Made by a program: the position numbers and the translations under genes. Under the pieces are notes generated by a model that saw nothing but the letters and a program-made list of their open reading frames with translations, made no database searches and was not told the DNA's origin. Below are positions 17,904 to 28,327 of a stretch of DNA of 64,000 nucleotides, one piece after another; the stretch's first letter is position 1, and every line of letters begins with the position of its first letter. The DNA is taken from positions 11,946-75,945 of the forward strand of contig CALRFT010000001.1 in assembly GCA_943356745.1 (NCBI GenBank), in the 5' to 3' direction. This DNA is from Parcubacteria group bacterium. GTDB lineage: Bacteria > Patescibacteriota > Minisyncoccia > Phycocordibacterales > CSBR16-119.

Positions 17904-18920
17904 TTATTTACCTGTTTTAATAACATGATCCACTAATGTATGCGTATACCCCATTTCGTTGTCGTACCAAGCTAAAACTTTTACCAAATTTCCGTCCACA
18001 ACTCGTGTCATAGAAAGATCGGCAATTGAAGCGTGTGGACTTCCAAGAATATCACTTGAAACAAGCTGATCTTCTGTCGCAGAAAATACTCTCGCCCATC
18101 TGGAATCCATTGCAGCTTCTTTCAAAATCTTGTTTACTTCTTCCACGCTCGTATTTCTCTTTGCGATAAATGTTACATCAGCAAGAGAACCGGCAATCAC
18201 TGGTACACGAATCGCGATTCCATCAAACTTCCCTTTCAAATTTGTCACAACTTCAGTCACAGCTTTTGCTGCGCCCGTACTTGTCGGAACCATATTCTGC
18301 GCCGCCGCTCGTCCTTCACGCCAATCTTTTTTGTTTGGTCCGTCGACAATACTTTGACTTGCTGTGTATGCGTGTACAGTATTTAAAATTGCTTTTTCAA
18401 TTCCAATAGCGTCATCCAAGATTGCAATGAGCGGACTTACTGCATTTGTAGTACATGAACCATTTGAAGAAATATCACAGGTTCCAAGTTGTTCGTCATT
18501 GATTGCCATGAGAACTGTTGCTGAAGTTACTCCTTCTTCTGGAGTTCCTTTTGCCGGTGCAGAAATCACAACTTTTTTTGCACCTGCTTTTCTGTGAAGA
18601 TTTGCTTTTGCATAATCAGTAAATACGCCTGTTGATTCAACAACAACATCAATGTTGAGGTCTCCCCATGGAAGTTTGAGCGGATCTGTTTCTGAAAAGA
18701 AAGAAAGAATTTTTCCATTTACCACAAGTTTGCCGTCAACAACCTCAACAGCGAACTTTGAAACTCCGTATGCTGTGTCATATTTGAGAAGATAGGCAAG
18801 ATTGTGAATATCACCAAGATCGTTCACTGCAACAATTTCAAGTTCTGGTCGCTCCACTGCGACTTTTAAAAATGCTCTTCCGATTCGGCCAAGGCCATTG
18901 ATTGCGACACGTGTTTTCAT
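17904..18920 (-). CDS. gap: Type I glyceraldehyde-3-phosphate dehydrogenase
   Basis: INGLGRIGR, SCTTN active site, WYDNE. Confidence 0.98.
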   Translation of the reverse strand: MKTRVAINGLGRIGRAFLKVAVERPELEIVAVNDLGDIHNLAYLLKYDTAYGVSKFAVEVVDGKLVVNGKILSFFSETDPLKLPWGDLNIDVVVESTGVFTDYAKANLHRKAGAKKVVISAPAKGTPEEGVTSATVLMAINDEQLGTCDISSNGSCTTNAVSPLIAILDDAIGIEKAILNTVHAYTASQSIVDGPNKKDWREGRAAAQNMVPTSTGAAKAVTEVVTNLKGKFDGIAIRVPVIAGSLADVTFIAKRNTSVEEVNKILKEAAMDSRWARVFSATEDQLVSSDILGSPHASIADLSMTRVVDGNLVKVLAWYDNEMGYTHTLVDHVIKTGK

Positions 18921-19022
18921 AAGTATGTATAAGATTTGAAATGATTAATATGCTTGTAGTATAGCAAAAATATCTTAATTGACGAAAAGATTATGTTTAC
19001 TATACTGAAAGAAAAAAGCTCT

Positions 19023-19388
19023 ATGGATAAACCTCTTTGTATAGATGTTAAAATTATTGTTGATTTTTTTATCTATCTTATTCTTTTCATATCTCTTTGT
19101 ATTTATGTTTTTCTCAGACTCAAATGGAAACAAGTGAATTCTCAAAATATAATTTTATACTTTAATCTTATAGATATTTCCCATATTTTAACTTTGGGTT
19201 TGAGTCTTCTGGTTGGTTTTATTTTGCAAGAAAAACATTTTATATTCACTCTAATACTCGCTATTGTTATAAGTATGTTTTTCATATCAAACATTTCGTT
19301 TAGTGTAAAAAATCGAGAAAAATACAAAGAAGCTAAGAGGAACAGAAGAAAGATTATTGATTCAAGTATTTTGGATCAAGAGATTTAA
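19023..19388 (+). CDS. Hypothetical membrane protein
   Basis: About three TM segments; upstream TTGACG-16-TATACT promoter; terminator 19394-19426. Confidence 0.65.
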   Translation: MDKPLCIDVKIIVDFFIYLILFISLCIYVFLRLKWKQVNSQNIILYFNLIDISHILTLGLSLLVGFILQEKHFIFTLILAIVISMFFISNISFSVKNREKYKEAKRNRRKIIDSSILDQEI

Positions 19389-19426
19389 AGATTAAAAGAG
19401 TCCGAAGCGTAGCTTCGGACTCTTTT

Positions 19427-20854
19427 TTATGAAAGTATTTGTTTCAAAATCTCAGTTGCGATTTCTGGGTTTACAGAACCCTTACTTTCTTTCATTACCT
19501 GACCCATGAGGAATTTCAAAACATTTTCGTTTCCATTTTTGTAATCTTCAACTTGAGCTGGAAATCCTTCAATTATTTTTTGAACCATTGTTTTAATAGC
19601 TCCTTCATCTGACTGCTGAAGCAAACCTTTTTCTTCTGCGATTACTGACGGTTTTCCACCTTGTGTACAGAGAATGAGAAGAATATCTTTTGCGCCTCGA
19701 GAGTTGATAAGATTTTTTGCAATCATTTCAACAAGTTCAGCAAAAGATTCTTTTTGTGGATACTGAAAACCTTCAATATTTGCTCGATATCCCAAAAGAT
19801 CAGAACAAAGATAGTTTGATGCTTTTACCAGAACATCTTTTTGATTTGAGAATACAGATACAGCATGTTCAAAAATTGGTGCAATTTCTTTATCTCCAAT
19901 CAAGATCTCAATATCTTCTGCTTTGATTCCAAGATTTGAATATCGCTCTCTTTTTTGCCATGGAAGTTCTGGAAGTTCAGACTTCATTTTTTCAATATCA
20001 AACATTTCATGAAGATAGAACTTTGGAATATCTGGATCTGGAAAATATCGATAGTCTTCTGAATTTTCTTTTGAACGTTGAGAAACTGTGATTTGTTTGT
20101 CTTCATCCCAGCCTCTGGTTTCTTGTTTAATCTCATCCCCTCGTCCATCTTCCAAAAGTGCAATGTGTCGATCCATTTCATACCGCGCAGCTGCTTCTGC
20201 AGCTTTAAATGATCCAATATTTTTCACTTCCACTTTTGTTCCAAATTTTGCTGGATCATCCGAAACCGAAAGGTTTACTTCAACTCGCATTTCTCCCTTT
20301 TGAAGATTTGCATCTCCTGCTCCAAGTGTTCGAAGAAGAAGCTGAAATTCTTTTGCAAATTCAGAAACTTTTTCTGGAGTATAAATAACCGGCTCAGTCA
20401 CAAGCTCTGCAAGAGGAATTCCAGCTCGATTGAAATCAACTAAAGAATATCCTGATTCATGTTTGTTTGTTCCTGTATCTTCTTCCAAGTGAATTCGAGT
20501 TAAAGCAACACCTGCAAGAGAACCACCAGAAACAATCGGATGTTTATATTGAGAAATCTGATAGCCTTTTGGAATATCTGGATAGAAGTAGTTTTTTCGG
20601 TCAAATTCTGTAAAGTTTGCAATATTTCCTCCGACAGCAAGCCCAATTCGAATCATATGCTCGAGAGCTTTTTTGTTTACCACAGGAAGAGTTCCAGGGT
20701 GCGCTAAAGAAACCGGATCAATATTTTGATTTGGTTCCTCTTCATCAGGATTATTGAGTGCTCGAGAAAACATTTTTGTTTTTGTTTTAAGCTCCGCATG
20801 AATCTCAAGTCCTATAGTGAGATAATATTTTCCTTTGTATATTGGTCGTTCCAT
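19427..20854 (-). CDS. gatB: Asp/Glu-tRNA amidotransferase subunit B
   Basis: IGLEIHAEL, RKNYFYPD, HLEED, DYRYFPDPD; start taken at MERPI. Confidence 0.98.
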   Translation of the reverse strand: MERPIYKGKYYLTIGLEIHAELKTKTKMFSRALNNPDEEEPNQNIDPVSLAHPGTLPVVNKKALEHMIRIGLAVGGNIANFTEFDRKNYFYPDIPKGYQISQYKHPIVSGGSLAGVALTRIHLEEDTGTNKHESGYSLVDFNRAGIPLAELVTEPVIYTPEKVSEFAKEFQLLLRTLGAGDANLQKGEMRVEVNLSVSDDPAKFGTKVEVKNIGSFKAAEAAARYEMDRHIALLEDGRGDEIKQETRGWDEDKQITVSQRSKENSEDYRYFPDPDIPKFYLHEMFDIEKMKSELPELPWQKRERYSNLGIKAEDIEILIGDKEIAPIFEHAVSVFSNQKDVLVKASNYLCSDLLGYRANIEGFQYPQKESFAELVEMIAKNLINSRGAKDILLILCTQGGKPSVIAEEKGLLQQSDEGAIKTMVQKIIEGFPAQVEDYKNGNENVLKFLMGQVMKESKGSVNPEIATEILKQILS

Positions 20855-20951
20855 GTCTTGGATTATACTCAAATTTATTGTTTTATGAAATTTGACAAAT
20901 ATTATTAATATAGTATTAAACGAAATAAAAATACCCCTTCCGGGGTTGTTT

Positions 20952-21935
20952 TTATTTTCTCAAAATTTTAAGAATTTCTTGTTCAAATTCTTTTACTTGT
21001 TCCCCGTCAAACATACTGATTGCCATAACTGGTTTTTTGAGTTTTGAAAATTGTTTCAAAACATCTTTCACCATTTTTTCTGGTACCATATCTGTTTTTG
21101 TAAGAAGAATGAATTCATCTTTTTCAAGAAGTTTTGGATCAAATACTTCAAGTTCTTTTCGAATTGTTTTGTAAGCATCCATCATTCCTCCTTCTTTTTC
21201 GATTTCGTTTTCAAAAGAAACAAGATGAACCAGGGTTTTTGTTCGGGAAATATGTTTCAAGAATTTAATTCCAAGACCTCTTCCTTCTCCAGCTCCTTCG
21301 ATAATTCCTGGAATATCAGCGATTACAAAATCATAGAAAGCTCCCAAGTGAGGATCAAGTGTCGTAAAGGCATATGCTCCAATTTTTGATTTTGAGTTTG
21401 TGACAGATTGAATCAAACTTGATTTTCCAGCATTTGGAAATCCGACAAGTCCAAGATCTGCAAACAAACGAAGTTCAATAGAAAATTCTGCTTCTTCTCC
21501 TTTTTTACCTGGAGTCCATTCATATGGGGTTGTGTTTGTCGAAGCTTTGAAATGTTCGTTTCCAAAACCACCTCTTCCTCCTCGGAGAATTTTTATTTTT
21601 TGCCCAGGAGATGTGAGTTCATACTGAGCTCCAGTAGAAAGATTTGTAATTAAAGTTCCGACAGGAAGAAGAATTATTTTATCTTCTCCATTCACACCGT
21701 GCATACTTTTTCTTGAGCCGTCTTCACCTTTTTCCGCAAGAAATTCTGGACCATGAGAATATTTTGAGAGAATAGAAACGTCTCGAACAGCTTCAATATA
21801 TACATCTCCACCATTTCCACCGTCGCCACCAGAAGGTCCACCCTTTGGGATAAACTTTTCCTGGCGCCATCGTATAACGCCGTTTCCACCGTCGCCCGCC
21901 TTTGCATAGATTTTTAGCTCGTCTACGAATGCCAT
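20952..21935 (-). CDS. obgE: GTPase Obg
   Basis: Gly-rich Obg fold, GFPNAGKS, FTTL, DIPG. Confidence 0.97.
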   Translation of the reverse strand: MAFVDELKIYAKAGDGGNGVIRWRQEKFIPKGGPSGGDGGNGGDVYIEAVRDVSILSKYSHGPEFLAEKGEDGSRKSMHGVNGEDKIILLPVGTLITNLSTGAQYELTSPGQKIKILRGGRGGFGNEHFKASTNTTPYEWTPGKKGEEAEFSIELRLFADLGLVGFPNAGKSSLIQSVTNSKSKIGAYAFTTLDPHLGAFYDFVIADIPGIIEGAGEGRGLGIKFLKHISRTKTLVHLVSFENEIEKEGGMMDAYKTIRKELEVFDPKLLEKDEFILLTKTDMVPEKMVKDVLKQFSKLKKPVMAISMFDGEQVKEFEQEILKILRK

Positions 21936-21946
21936 AGGTTTACAGA

Positions 21947-22861
21947 TTACGCTTTTTGTGACTTTTTAGCAAGTTCCAGAGCTTCTTCTTTTGTTTTTGC
22001 GGAGCACAAAAAACCTGAGTTGTGACAAAAAACAGCCCCAGAAACTCCGGTTTCTTTTGCTAACTCTTCACCTCGAAGCCCTCGCCAAGACGGAGGAAAT
22101 GGTTTTTTTGAATCAAAAGTTCCCTTTTCTTTTCGAGTAGTACAAACATCCCAACCGCCGCCACGCTTTGACGGATATACAAAATACAAAAGTTCAGAAA
22201 AGTCTTGCACAGCAATTGATATGGCAACTCGACCGAAAAAATCATCTACAACCAAAATTTCTTTTTCATCTTGCTGTTCATAGATTTCTTGCACTTTTAA
22301 ATTTATCTCATATTGAACCTTTGTTTGGTGAATCATACGCTCAAGATAGAGCGCTGCAATATGCATTGCATCATCGAAACGATGATCCGAAAGTCCCATA
22401 TCTTCCACATGAGTCAGATTAAAAGATTGCAGTAGACTTTGAACAAAAACAGGAGAAATATCATCTCGAAGATTTTGAGAAATAGTAACTCCATTATCAG
22501 CAGCGTCGATTGCTTGAACAAGATTTATATCAATCTGATCTGCAATATCTTGTGAATCACAAAGAAGTGATCCATATTTTTTCCAAACCAAACCAAATGA
22601 CGCAAATGGAATTCCATTCGCCCGCTCACCCGCCCCACCTTTTTGATGATGGTCGAAACGATTTGTTTCTTCATCATATTCAGCACCAATATCAAATACA
22701 ATATCGCCTGTATTAATCACCTCCTGATTAACACTTCGAATAAGTTTGTAGGATTTCTTTATTTTTTTGTAATAGAGATGCAGAGTTGCAGCAGCAAAAA
22801 CATCATCTGAATGAAATGATCCACTGTGTGTTATGAGTACATCTTTTTTATTCCAAAACAT
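21947..22861 (-). CDS. MYG1-family protein (putative exonuclease)
   Basis: THSGSFHSDD, FDHHQ, FCHNSGF motifs. Confidence 0.92.
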   Translation of the reverse strand: MFWNKKDVLITHSGSFHSDDVFAAATLHLYYKKIKKSYKLIRSVNQEVINTGDIVFDIGAEYDEETNRFDHHQKGGAGERANGIPFASFGLVWKKYGSLLCDSQDIADQIDINLVQAIDAADNGVTISQNLRDDISPVFVQSLLQSFNLTHVEDMGLSDHRFDDAMHIAALYLERMIHQTKVQYEINLKVQEIYEQQDEKEILVVDDFFGRVAISIAVQDFSELLYFVYPSKRGGGWDVCTTRKEKGTFDSKKPFPPSWRGLRGEELAKETGVSGAVFCHNSGFLCSAKTKEEALELAKKSQKA

Positions 22862-23211
22862 TAGTTTTCTTCTCTATCAATAAATGTTGACAATAACCCA
22901 CTTACCACCGAAACAACCAAACTTCCCCAAAAAGCAGCAATGAATGTTGTTACAAAAAATCCAGAGATGACACTTCCAGCAAACCAAAATAATCCGGCAT
23001 TAATAACAAGAGAAAAAAGACCAAATGTAAGAAGTGTGATTGGGAGAGTTATTATTTTTATAATTGGCTTAATAAGTCCATGTGCGAATGTAAGCACAAC
23101 ACCCATCAAAACCAAAGCTTGCCAACCATCATAAGAAACCCCGGAAACAATTCTCGAAGCAAGATATACCGCACCTATAAAAATAAGTGTACGCAAGATA
23201 ATATTTTTCAT
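22861..23211 (-). CDS. YvlD / phage holin family 4 membrane protein
   Basis: IKPIIKIITLPITLLTFGLFSLVINA signature. Confidence 0.9.
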   Translation of the reverse strand: MKNIILRTLIFIGAVYLASRIVSGVSYDGWQALVLMGVVLTFAHGLIKPIIKIITLPITLLTFGLFSLVINAGLFWFAGSVISGFFVTTFIAAFWGSLVVSVVSGLLSTFIDREEN

Positions 23212-23226
23212 ATAAATGTGTAACTG

Positions 23227-23682
23227 TTAGTTAAAAAGTGATTCAACAACCGCTTTAACATCTGAACCATCAGCTTGACCTCCTAGTTCTTTCATAACCG
23301 CACCAACAAGAATTCCTACTTTTGATTTATCATCCAATCCAAGCTCTGCTTTTTTCTTTTCTGCAATTGGTTTGATTTCTTCTTGAGACATCATTTTTGG
23401 AAGAAGTGTTTCAAGAACAGAAAGTTCCGCTTCTTCTTGAACCGCCAAATCTTCTCTTCCACCATTTCTAAATTGCTCAATTGAATCTTTTCTTTGTTTT
23501 GCAAGACGCTTAATAACACCCATTGCAAGATCATCAGAAACCTCACTTTGTGGAGTCATTCCCTTTGCAACAAGCTCGTTTGTAAATGCTGCTTTAATGT
23601 TTCGCATTACAGAGAGACGAACTTCATCTTTATTTTTCATGGCTTCTTTCAAAGCTTCTTTGATATTGTTTTCTATTGACAT
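23227..23682 (-). CDS. GatB/YqeY domain protein
   Basis: LKEAMK...KQRKDSIEQF..GGREDL..E...LP; start taken at MSIEN. Confidence 0.92.
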   Translation of the reverse strand: MSIENNIKEALKEAMKNKDEVRLSVMRNIKAAFTNELVAKGMTPQSEVSDDLAMGVIKRLAKQRKDSIEQFRNGGREDLAVQEEAELSVLETLLPKMMSQEEIKPIAEKKKAELGLDDKSKVGILVGAVMKELGGQADGSDVKAVVESLFN

Positions 23683-24011
23683 AATACCTACTATATCATT
23701 TTTGGTTCTTTTTTGGAAATAGAAAAAGCGGCGCACGAAGTGCGCCGCCAAAAAGGGACAAAGAGTCTAAAAGAAAATGGTTCAAAATACCAAATTATAC
23801 AATTTTTCTACAAGTCAACCGTTACTAAATGATTGCCCAGAATAGATAGAGTATTAATATTGGTAAAAACCCTAAGAAAACCATTAACCGCTTACAAAAA
23901 ACTCTTCGCCCTCCACCCTATTAAGCTTTGATAGAGTGAACGGGTTCCAAAAACAAAATATCACACTATTAAAAATAAATCAAGTCCCTTTTGATGTGAT
24001 ATACTAAATTC

Positions 24012-24758
24012 ATGAAATTAGACACTTTTTACAATATTTTTATCTTTGATACAGAGACCACAGGAGCAGATTCAAAAGACAGACTTTGTCAACTTGCTTA
24101 CAAAAATATCAATGAAAATTCAATCGTAAACGAGCTTTTCAATCCTCCAATTCCTATTTCTGTAGCTTCTCAAGCCGTGCACCACATAACCCCCAAAATG
24201 GTTGCAGAAAAACCACTCTTTCAAGAAAGTCCTTTATATGAAGAAATAAAAAAGGTATTCGAAAGTGAAAAAAATATTGTTGTTGCCCATAATGCAAAAT
24301 TTGATGTTGAGATGCTCGCGCGAGAAAATATCGCTTGCACAAATGTGATTGATACACTCAAGATAGTTCGTCACCTTGATCCAGACATGAAAATTGAAAG
24401 ACATAATCTTCAATATCTGCGATATCTTCTTGAGCTTGATAATGATATTGATGAACCAATCCAAGCACACGACGCAAAAGGTGATGTTTTAATTCTTGAA
24501 AAACTTTTCATTCGACTTTTCAGAAAAATGCGAGAAGATTTTTCAAATGACACAGAAACTCTTGAAAAGATGATTCAGATTTCAAAAGATCCAAGTTTGA
24601 TTCGAAAATTTAATTTTGGAAAACATATTGGTTCTTTTGTTTCCGATGTGGCACTTAAGGACCGAGGATATCTTGAATGGCTTCTTAAAACAAAGCGGAG
24701 CGAAGAACAGCCCGATGAAGACTGGATTTATACGCTTGAGCATTTTCTCAATACATAG
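24012..24758 (+). CDS. DEDDh 3'-5' exonuclease (ExoX/DnaQ-like)
   Basis: FDTETTG, VAHNAKFD, AHDAKGD; C-terminal FGKH..G...YLEWL domain. Confidence 0.9.
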   Translation: MKLDTFYNIFIFDTETTGADSKDRLCQLAYKNINENSIVNELFNPPIPISVASQAVHHITPKMVAEKPLFQESPLYEEIKKVFESEKNIVVAHNAKFDVEMLARENIACTNVIDTLKIVRHLDPDMKIERHNLQYLRYLLELDNDIDEPIQAHDAKGDVLILEKLFIRLFRKMREDFSNDTETLEKMIQISKDPSLIRKFNFGKHIGSFVSDVALKDRGYLEWLLKTKRSEEQPDEDWIYTLEHFLNT

Positions 24759-24776
24759 TACTGTAAAGAAAACGCT

Positions 24777-24950
24777 ATGCTTATGGAAAAAACATGTACT
24801 CGCAATCCTGATCTATTGTTTGTCTCATTTTTGATTCCTGTTGGAATAGTATATTGGATCTTTCCGATAGTTTTCCAAATATCACTCATCTGTTCAGGTT
24901 TTATTTTAATTACTGGTCTGTATATATATTTTAAAAGTCCGCTTTCTTGA
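24777..24950 (+). CDS. Small two-TM protein (57 aa)
   Basis: Manual translation MLMEKTCTRNPDLLFVSFLIPVG...; stop in the loop of hairpin 24934-24963. Confidence 0.55.
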   Translation: MLMEKTCTRNPDLLFVSFLIPVGIVYWIFPIVFQISLICSGFILITGLYIYFKSPLS

Positions 24951-25013
24951 GAAAGCGGACTTTATTGCATTTTTTATATATTATTGTATAATATCAAAAA
25001 ACCCACATGTATT

Positions 25014-25298
25014 ATGATAAATATTATTGAAATTATTACTCAAGCATCGAAAATCTACCTTTTAGTAGCTGATGGACAAGAAGCAATCCGAATAGACGAA
25101 CAGGAAGTCGCGAGCTTTAAGGAGCAAGCTGAGTTTTTTGTAAGAAAAAAATATGGACATTTTCTTGATATTCAAAATGTGTCTATCGATTTCCAGGGCG
25201 AGACTCAGGGAGCTGCTTGGGTGGAGATTTACCCGAAAAGCGATGGGATTTTAGAGTCCATTGCTGAAGAATACGGAATCAACATTGAGGAACATTAA
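25014..25298 (+). CDS. Hypothetical protein
   Basis: 94-aa ORF with TTGCAT-16-TATAAT promoter and downstream hairpin. Confidence 0.7.
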   Translation: MINIIEIITQASKIYLLVADGQEAIRIDEQEVASFKEQAEFFVRKKYGHFLDIQNVSIDFQGETQGAAWVEIYPKSDGILESIAEEYGINIEEH

Positions 25299-25376
25299 AA
25301 TAAGTTCCTTAAATTTTAAAAAACCCGCAAATCTGTGGGTTTTTTCTTTTCCTCCCTCTCGGGTATAATAAGCACT

Positions 25377-26417
25377 ATGGAAATACTAATACTTGGACTA
25401 CTTGTTGTAGCTATCATATTACTCATTATCAACATGAAGAAAAAACCAGTCGAAAAAAACGACGACAAGGCGATGGGACTTTTACTTCAGCAAATCAACG
25501 AACTCAACCGAACCGTAAACTCTCAGATTGGAGACTTTTCAAAATCTGTTGATTCAAAACTCTCAGACTCGGCAAGACAAACATTTTCTGCGATTCGTGA
25601 CATTACGGAGCAAGTCACTCGCCTTCAAGAAACAAACAAGCAAGTGATGGGATTTACAGAACAACTTGAGCAACTTCAAAATATTTTAAAAAATCCAAAA
25701 CAGCGAGGTGTTTTGGGAGAATACTATCTTGAAACACTTCTCAAAAATGTTCTCCCTCCAGGAAGCTACCAGATGCAATATGGATTTTCAAATGGAGAAA
25801 TTGTCGACGCTGCGGTATTTGTACGAGACAAAATAATTCCAATCGATTCAAAATTTTCTCTTGAAAACTACAATAGAATTGTCGAGGCTCGTGAACCGAG
25901 TGAAAAAGATAGGCTTGAAAAACTTTTCACAAACGACCTCAAAAACCGAATTGTGGAAACTTCAAAATATATTCGCCCGGAAGAAAAAACAATGGACTTT
26001 GCTTTCATGTTCATTCCTCATGAAGCAATTTACTATGATCTTCTGATAAACAAAATCGGAGCAATGCAAGGAGAAGACACAGAAAACCTCATTCAACGAG
26101 CAGCTTCAAAATACAAAGTGATTATTGTTTCCCCAACTTCATTCCTTGCCTATCTTCAAACGGTTTTACAAGGCCTCAAGGCGCTTCAAATCGAAGAAAG
26201 TGCAAAAGATATTCAAAAGCGAGTTGGAGAGCTTGGAACACATTTAAAGAGCTATGAAGAGTATCACAATAAGCTTGGAAAAAATCTTGGAACAGTGGTC
26301 AACCAATATGAACTCTCAAGCAAAGAACTCAAAAAAATAGATAAGGATGTTTTCAGAATTACAGGAGACACTATCAACCTTGAACTAGAAACTGTTGAAA
26401 AACCAGAACTTGAATAA
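25377..26417 (+). CDS. rmuC: DNA recombination protein RmuC
   Basis: N-terminal TM, KQRGVLGE, IPIDSKF, DFAFMFIPHE, IIVSPTS. Confidence 0.95.
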   Translation: MEILILGLLVVAIILLIINMKKKPVEKNDDKAMGLLLQQINELNRTVNSQIGDFSKSVDSKLSDSARQTFSAIRDITEQVTRLQETNKQVMGFTEQLEQLQNILKNPKQRGVLGEYYLETLLKNVLPPGSYQMQYGFSNGEIVDAAVFVRDKIIPIDSKFSLENYNRIVEAREPSEKDRLEKLFTNDLKNRIVETSKYIRPEEKTMDFAFMFIPHEAIYYDLLINKIGAMQGEDTENLIQRAASKYKVIIVSPTSFLAYLQTVLQGLKALQIEESAKDIQKRVGELGTHLKSYEEYHNKLGKNLGTVVNQYELSSKELKKIDKDVFRITGDTINLELETVEKPELE

Positions 26418-26472
26418 ATAAAGATAAGAAAAAGCCCGACGCAAGCGTCGGGCTTTTTATTCTAACAACAAA

Positions 26473-26664
26473 TCAACATCCGCTACTATGAATCAAGCAA
26501 TCTTCTGCTATAGGTTTCAAAACATGGAATGGACAGTCGCGAGACTCAAGTCTTCCAAAAAGGGTATGTTTATCGCAGGTGCAATCTGTATGATTCAATT
26601 GTCGACATGTACAGATATTCATCTGTACATGTAAGGGTACAAATGGTTGAGTAAATAAATTCAT
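26473..26664 (-). CDS. Small Cys/His-rich protein
   Basis: CTC..H..CTC..H...C..H...C..H...C; own TGtTAGAAT promoter; bounded by hairpins 26430-26458 and 26696-26720. Confidence 0.55.
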   Translation of the reverse strand: MNLFTQPFVPLHVQMNICTCRQLNHTDCTCDKHTLFGRLESRDCPFHVLKPIAEDCLIHSSGC

Positions 26665-26729
26665 AAGCAACAATTTTCTTCTATTCTAACATAACAAAAA
26701 CCCCGCGCTCCGGGGTTTTTGTGTAAAAA

Positions 26730-27287
26730 CTATTTAACGATAGTTGTGATGTCAATTGAGTACAGGTCAGCAAAAGTTGGGTTTGAAACTCCTTCTTTTG
26801 TATCCATGTATTTCACAACCACAGTATCCATTTGTTGAAGTACTGCGAATTCTCGAGTCATCGCTCCATATGTACATTTTGCATATGCAAGTGGGATTCC
26901 TTCAACACCTGTTGTGTCTACAAAATCAACCTCTTCACATACTCCTGGATGAAATCCAAGTTTGTATGGGTTTCGAAGATTGATTACACTTCCATTTCGT
27001 GAGAAATCAGCAAATCGCATCTTTACCCATGTTTGTCCTTCTGGAACACTTGGGTCTTCTGTATCGAATTCCCACTGCACTCCACTGAAGTCATAGACAT
27101 TTCCATCAACTGATGCAATTGTCGCTGCTGATTCTTCAGTTTGTCCTTCTGCTGTTTCTGCAGATTCTTCGTTTACAATAGCCTCGTCTGCTTTATCTCC
27201 TGGCTTTGAAAAAACAATGATCAAAATTATAACAATAATGGTCAAAGCCCAAAGAAGAGCGTTTTTATTATTTTTTACCCATTTCAT
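26730..27287 (-). CDS. Membrane-anchored extracellular hypothetical protein
   Basis: N-terminal TM, acidic linker, beta-rich domain with two Cys. Confidence 0.8.
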   Translation of the reverse strand: MKWVKNNKNALLWALTIIVIILIIVFSKPGDKADEAIVNEESAETAEGQTEESAATIASVDGNVYDFSGVQWEFDTEDPSVPEGQTWVKMRFADFSRNGSVINLRNPYKLGFHPGVCEEVDFVDTTGVEGIPLAYAKCTYGAMTREFAVLQQMDTVVVKYMDTKEGVSNPTFADLYSIDITTIVK

Positions 27288-27383
27288 AACGTTTTAATTA
27301 TATCAGAGTTCAAGCGAAATCAACCTTGATTATAAGTGTTTTTTGGGGTATTCTTTGAATGTCTTTGTATAAAGAAACATAAA

Positions 27384-27458
27384 GGCTCTATCGTCTAGCG
27401 GCTAGGACGCCAGGTTCTCATCCTGGAAACCGGAGTTCGATTCTCCGTAGAGTCACCA
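27384..27458 (+). tRNA. tRNA-Glu(CTC)
   Basis: GGCTCTA/TAGAGTC acceptor stem, CCAGG-TTCTCAT-CCTGG anticodon arm, GTTCGATTC, encoded CCA. Confidence 0.95.
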
Positions 27459-27484
27459 ACTCGTACTGACTCGAGAAGCACATT

Positions 27485-28327
27485 ATGATGACCACACAAA
27501 TAACACAAATAGAGAAATGGAATAATAGACAGAGAGAACTGTTAAAATTTCTAGGTACAACAGAACCCGTTAGGGGTAATATTATACGTGAGTGGATCGC
27601 AGAATGCATAGTTCACTTTACAGAAGTAAATGTTCCGCAAAATATAATTGCATATTTTTTAACAAAAATGGAACATATTAGCATAAAAGGGAAAAAAAAA
27701 TTAAAGACTATTTACTTTCAAGACGATGATGAAGAAGAGGAGAAAGAAAGCTTTATTGGTCCATTTGAATTTGTTGGCAACGGGTACCTAATTACATCAG
27801 GTAATATATTGACTGGTAAACAAGGTGGTCATGTAAAGATGACCCCAATATTAGTAGCATTTAGGGTAGCTCAAAATTTAATTGATACATATAAAGATCA
27901 AAATAATATCATTCCTAAAATTTTAATTACAGAATTAGAAAAGTATAAAGATACGAAGAGTTTGTCGTTATCTTTAAGCACAATACAAACCGCTTTTGAA
28001 AAAGATGATATTGATTCAATGTTAATATCGATTATTACATCAACTGATTTAATTTTAAGTCTAATACCTGAGTTATCCTCTACAAAAGATTTGAAGCCTA
28101 AAATTCAAACCGCGCATGACAGTAAGACTATTTACGGGAAATACTCTATGGACCCTGAAATCTTATGGTCAATAAATAATTCACGTATTATACGAAATTA
28201 TAAAATCCATAAACCTATTAAAACTAACCACACCACTACTTATGAAGCAGTGGGGTATGCACACCTTCTTCATTTATTAATTTCATCAATATTAAGTTCT
28301 GGTGAGTTAAAATTAACAAAAGAATAG
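27485..28327 (+). CDS. Putative HEPN / Abi_C-like protein
   Basis: C-terminal helical domain with RNYKIH (Rx4H) motif; TTA/ATA-rich codon use; directly after tRNA. Confidence 0.55.
   Translation: MMTTQITQIEKWNNRQRELLKFLGTTEPVRGNIIREWIAECIVHFTEVNVPQNIIAYFLTKMEHISIKGKKKLKTIYFQDDDEEEEKESFIGPFEFVGNGYLITSGNILTGKQGGHVKMTPILVAFRVAQNLIDTYKDQNNIIPKILITELEKYKDTKSLSLSLSTIQTAFEKDDIDSMLISIITSTDLILSLIPELSSTKDLKPKIQTAHDSKTIYGKYSMDPEILWSINNSRIIRNYKIHKPIKTNHTTTYEAVGYAHLLHLLISSILSSGELKLTKE

Noticed and set aside
20885-20951. Orphan promoter (TTGACA) pointing into the obgE terminator, as an empty cassette site
   Set aside because: No good -10 box at canonical spacing; too weak in AT-rich DNA
22861-23211. Holin as evidence of a prophage
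   Set aside because: YvlD-type family is common on chromosomes; neighbours are housekeeping genes and no phage genes are present
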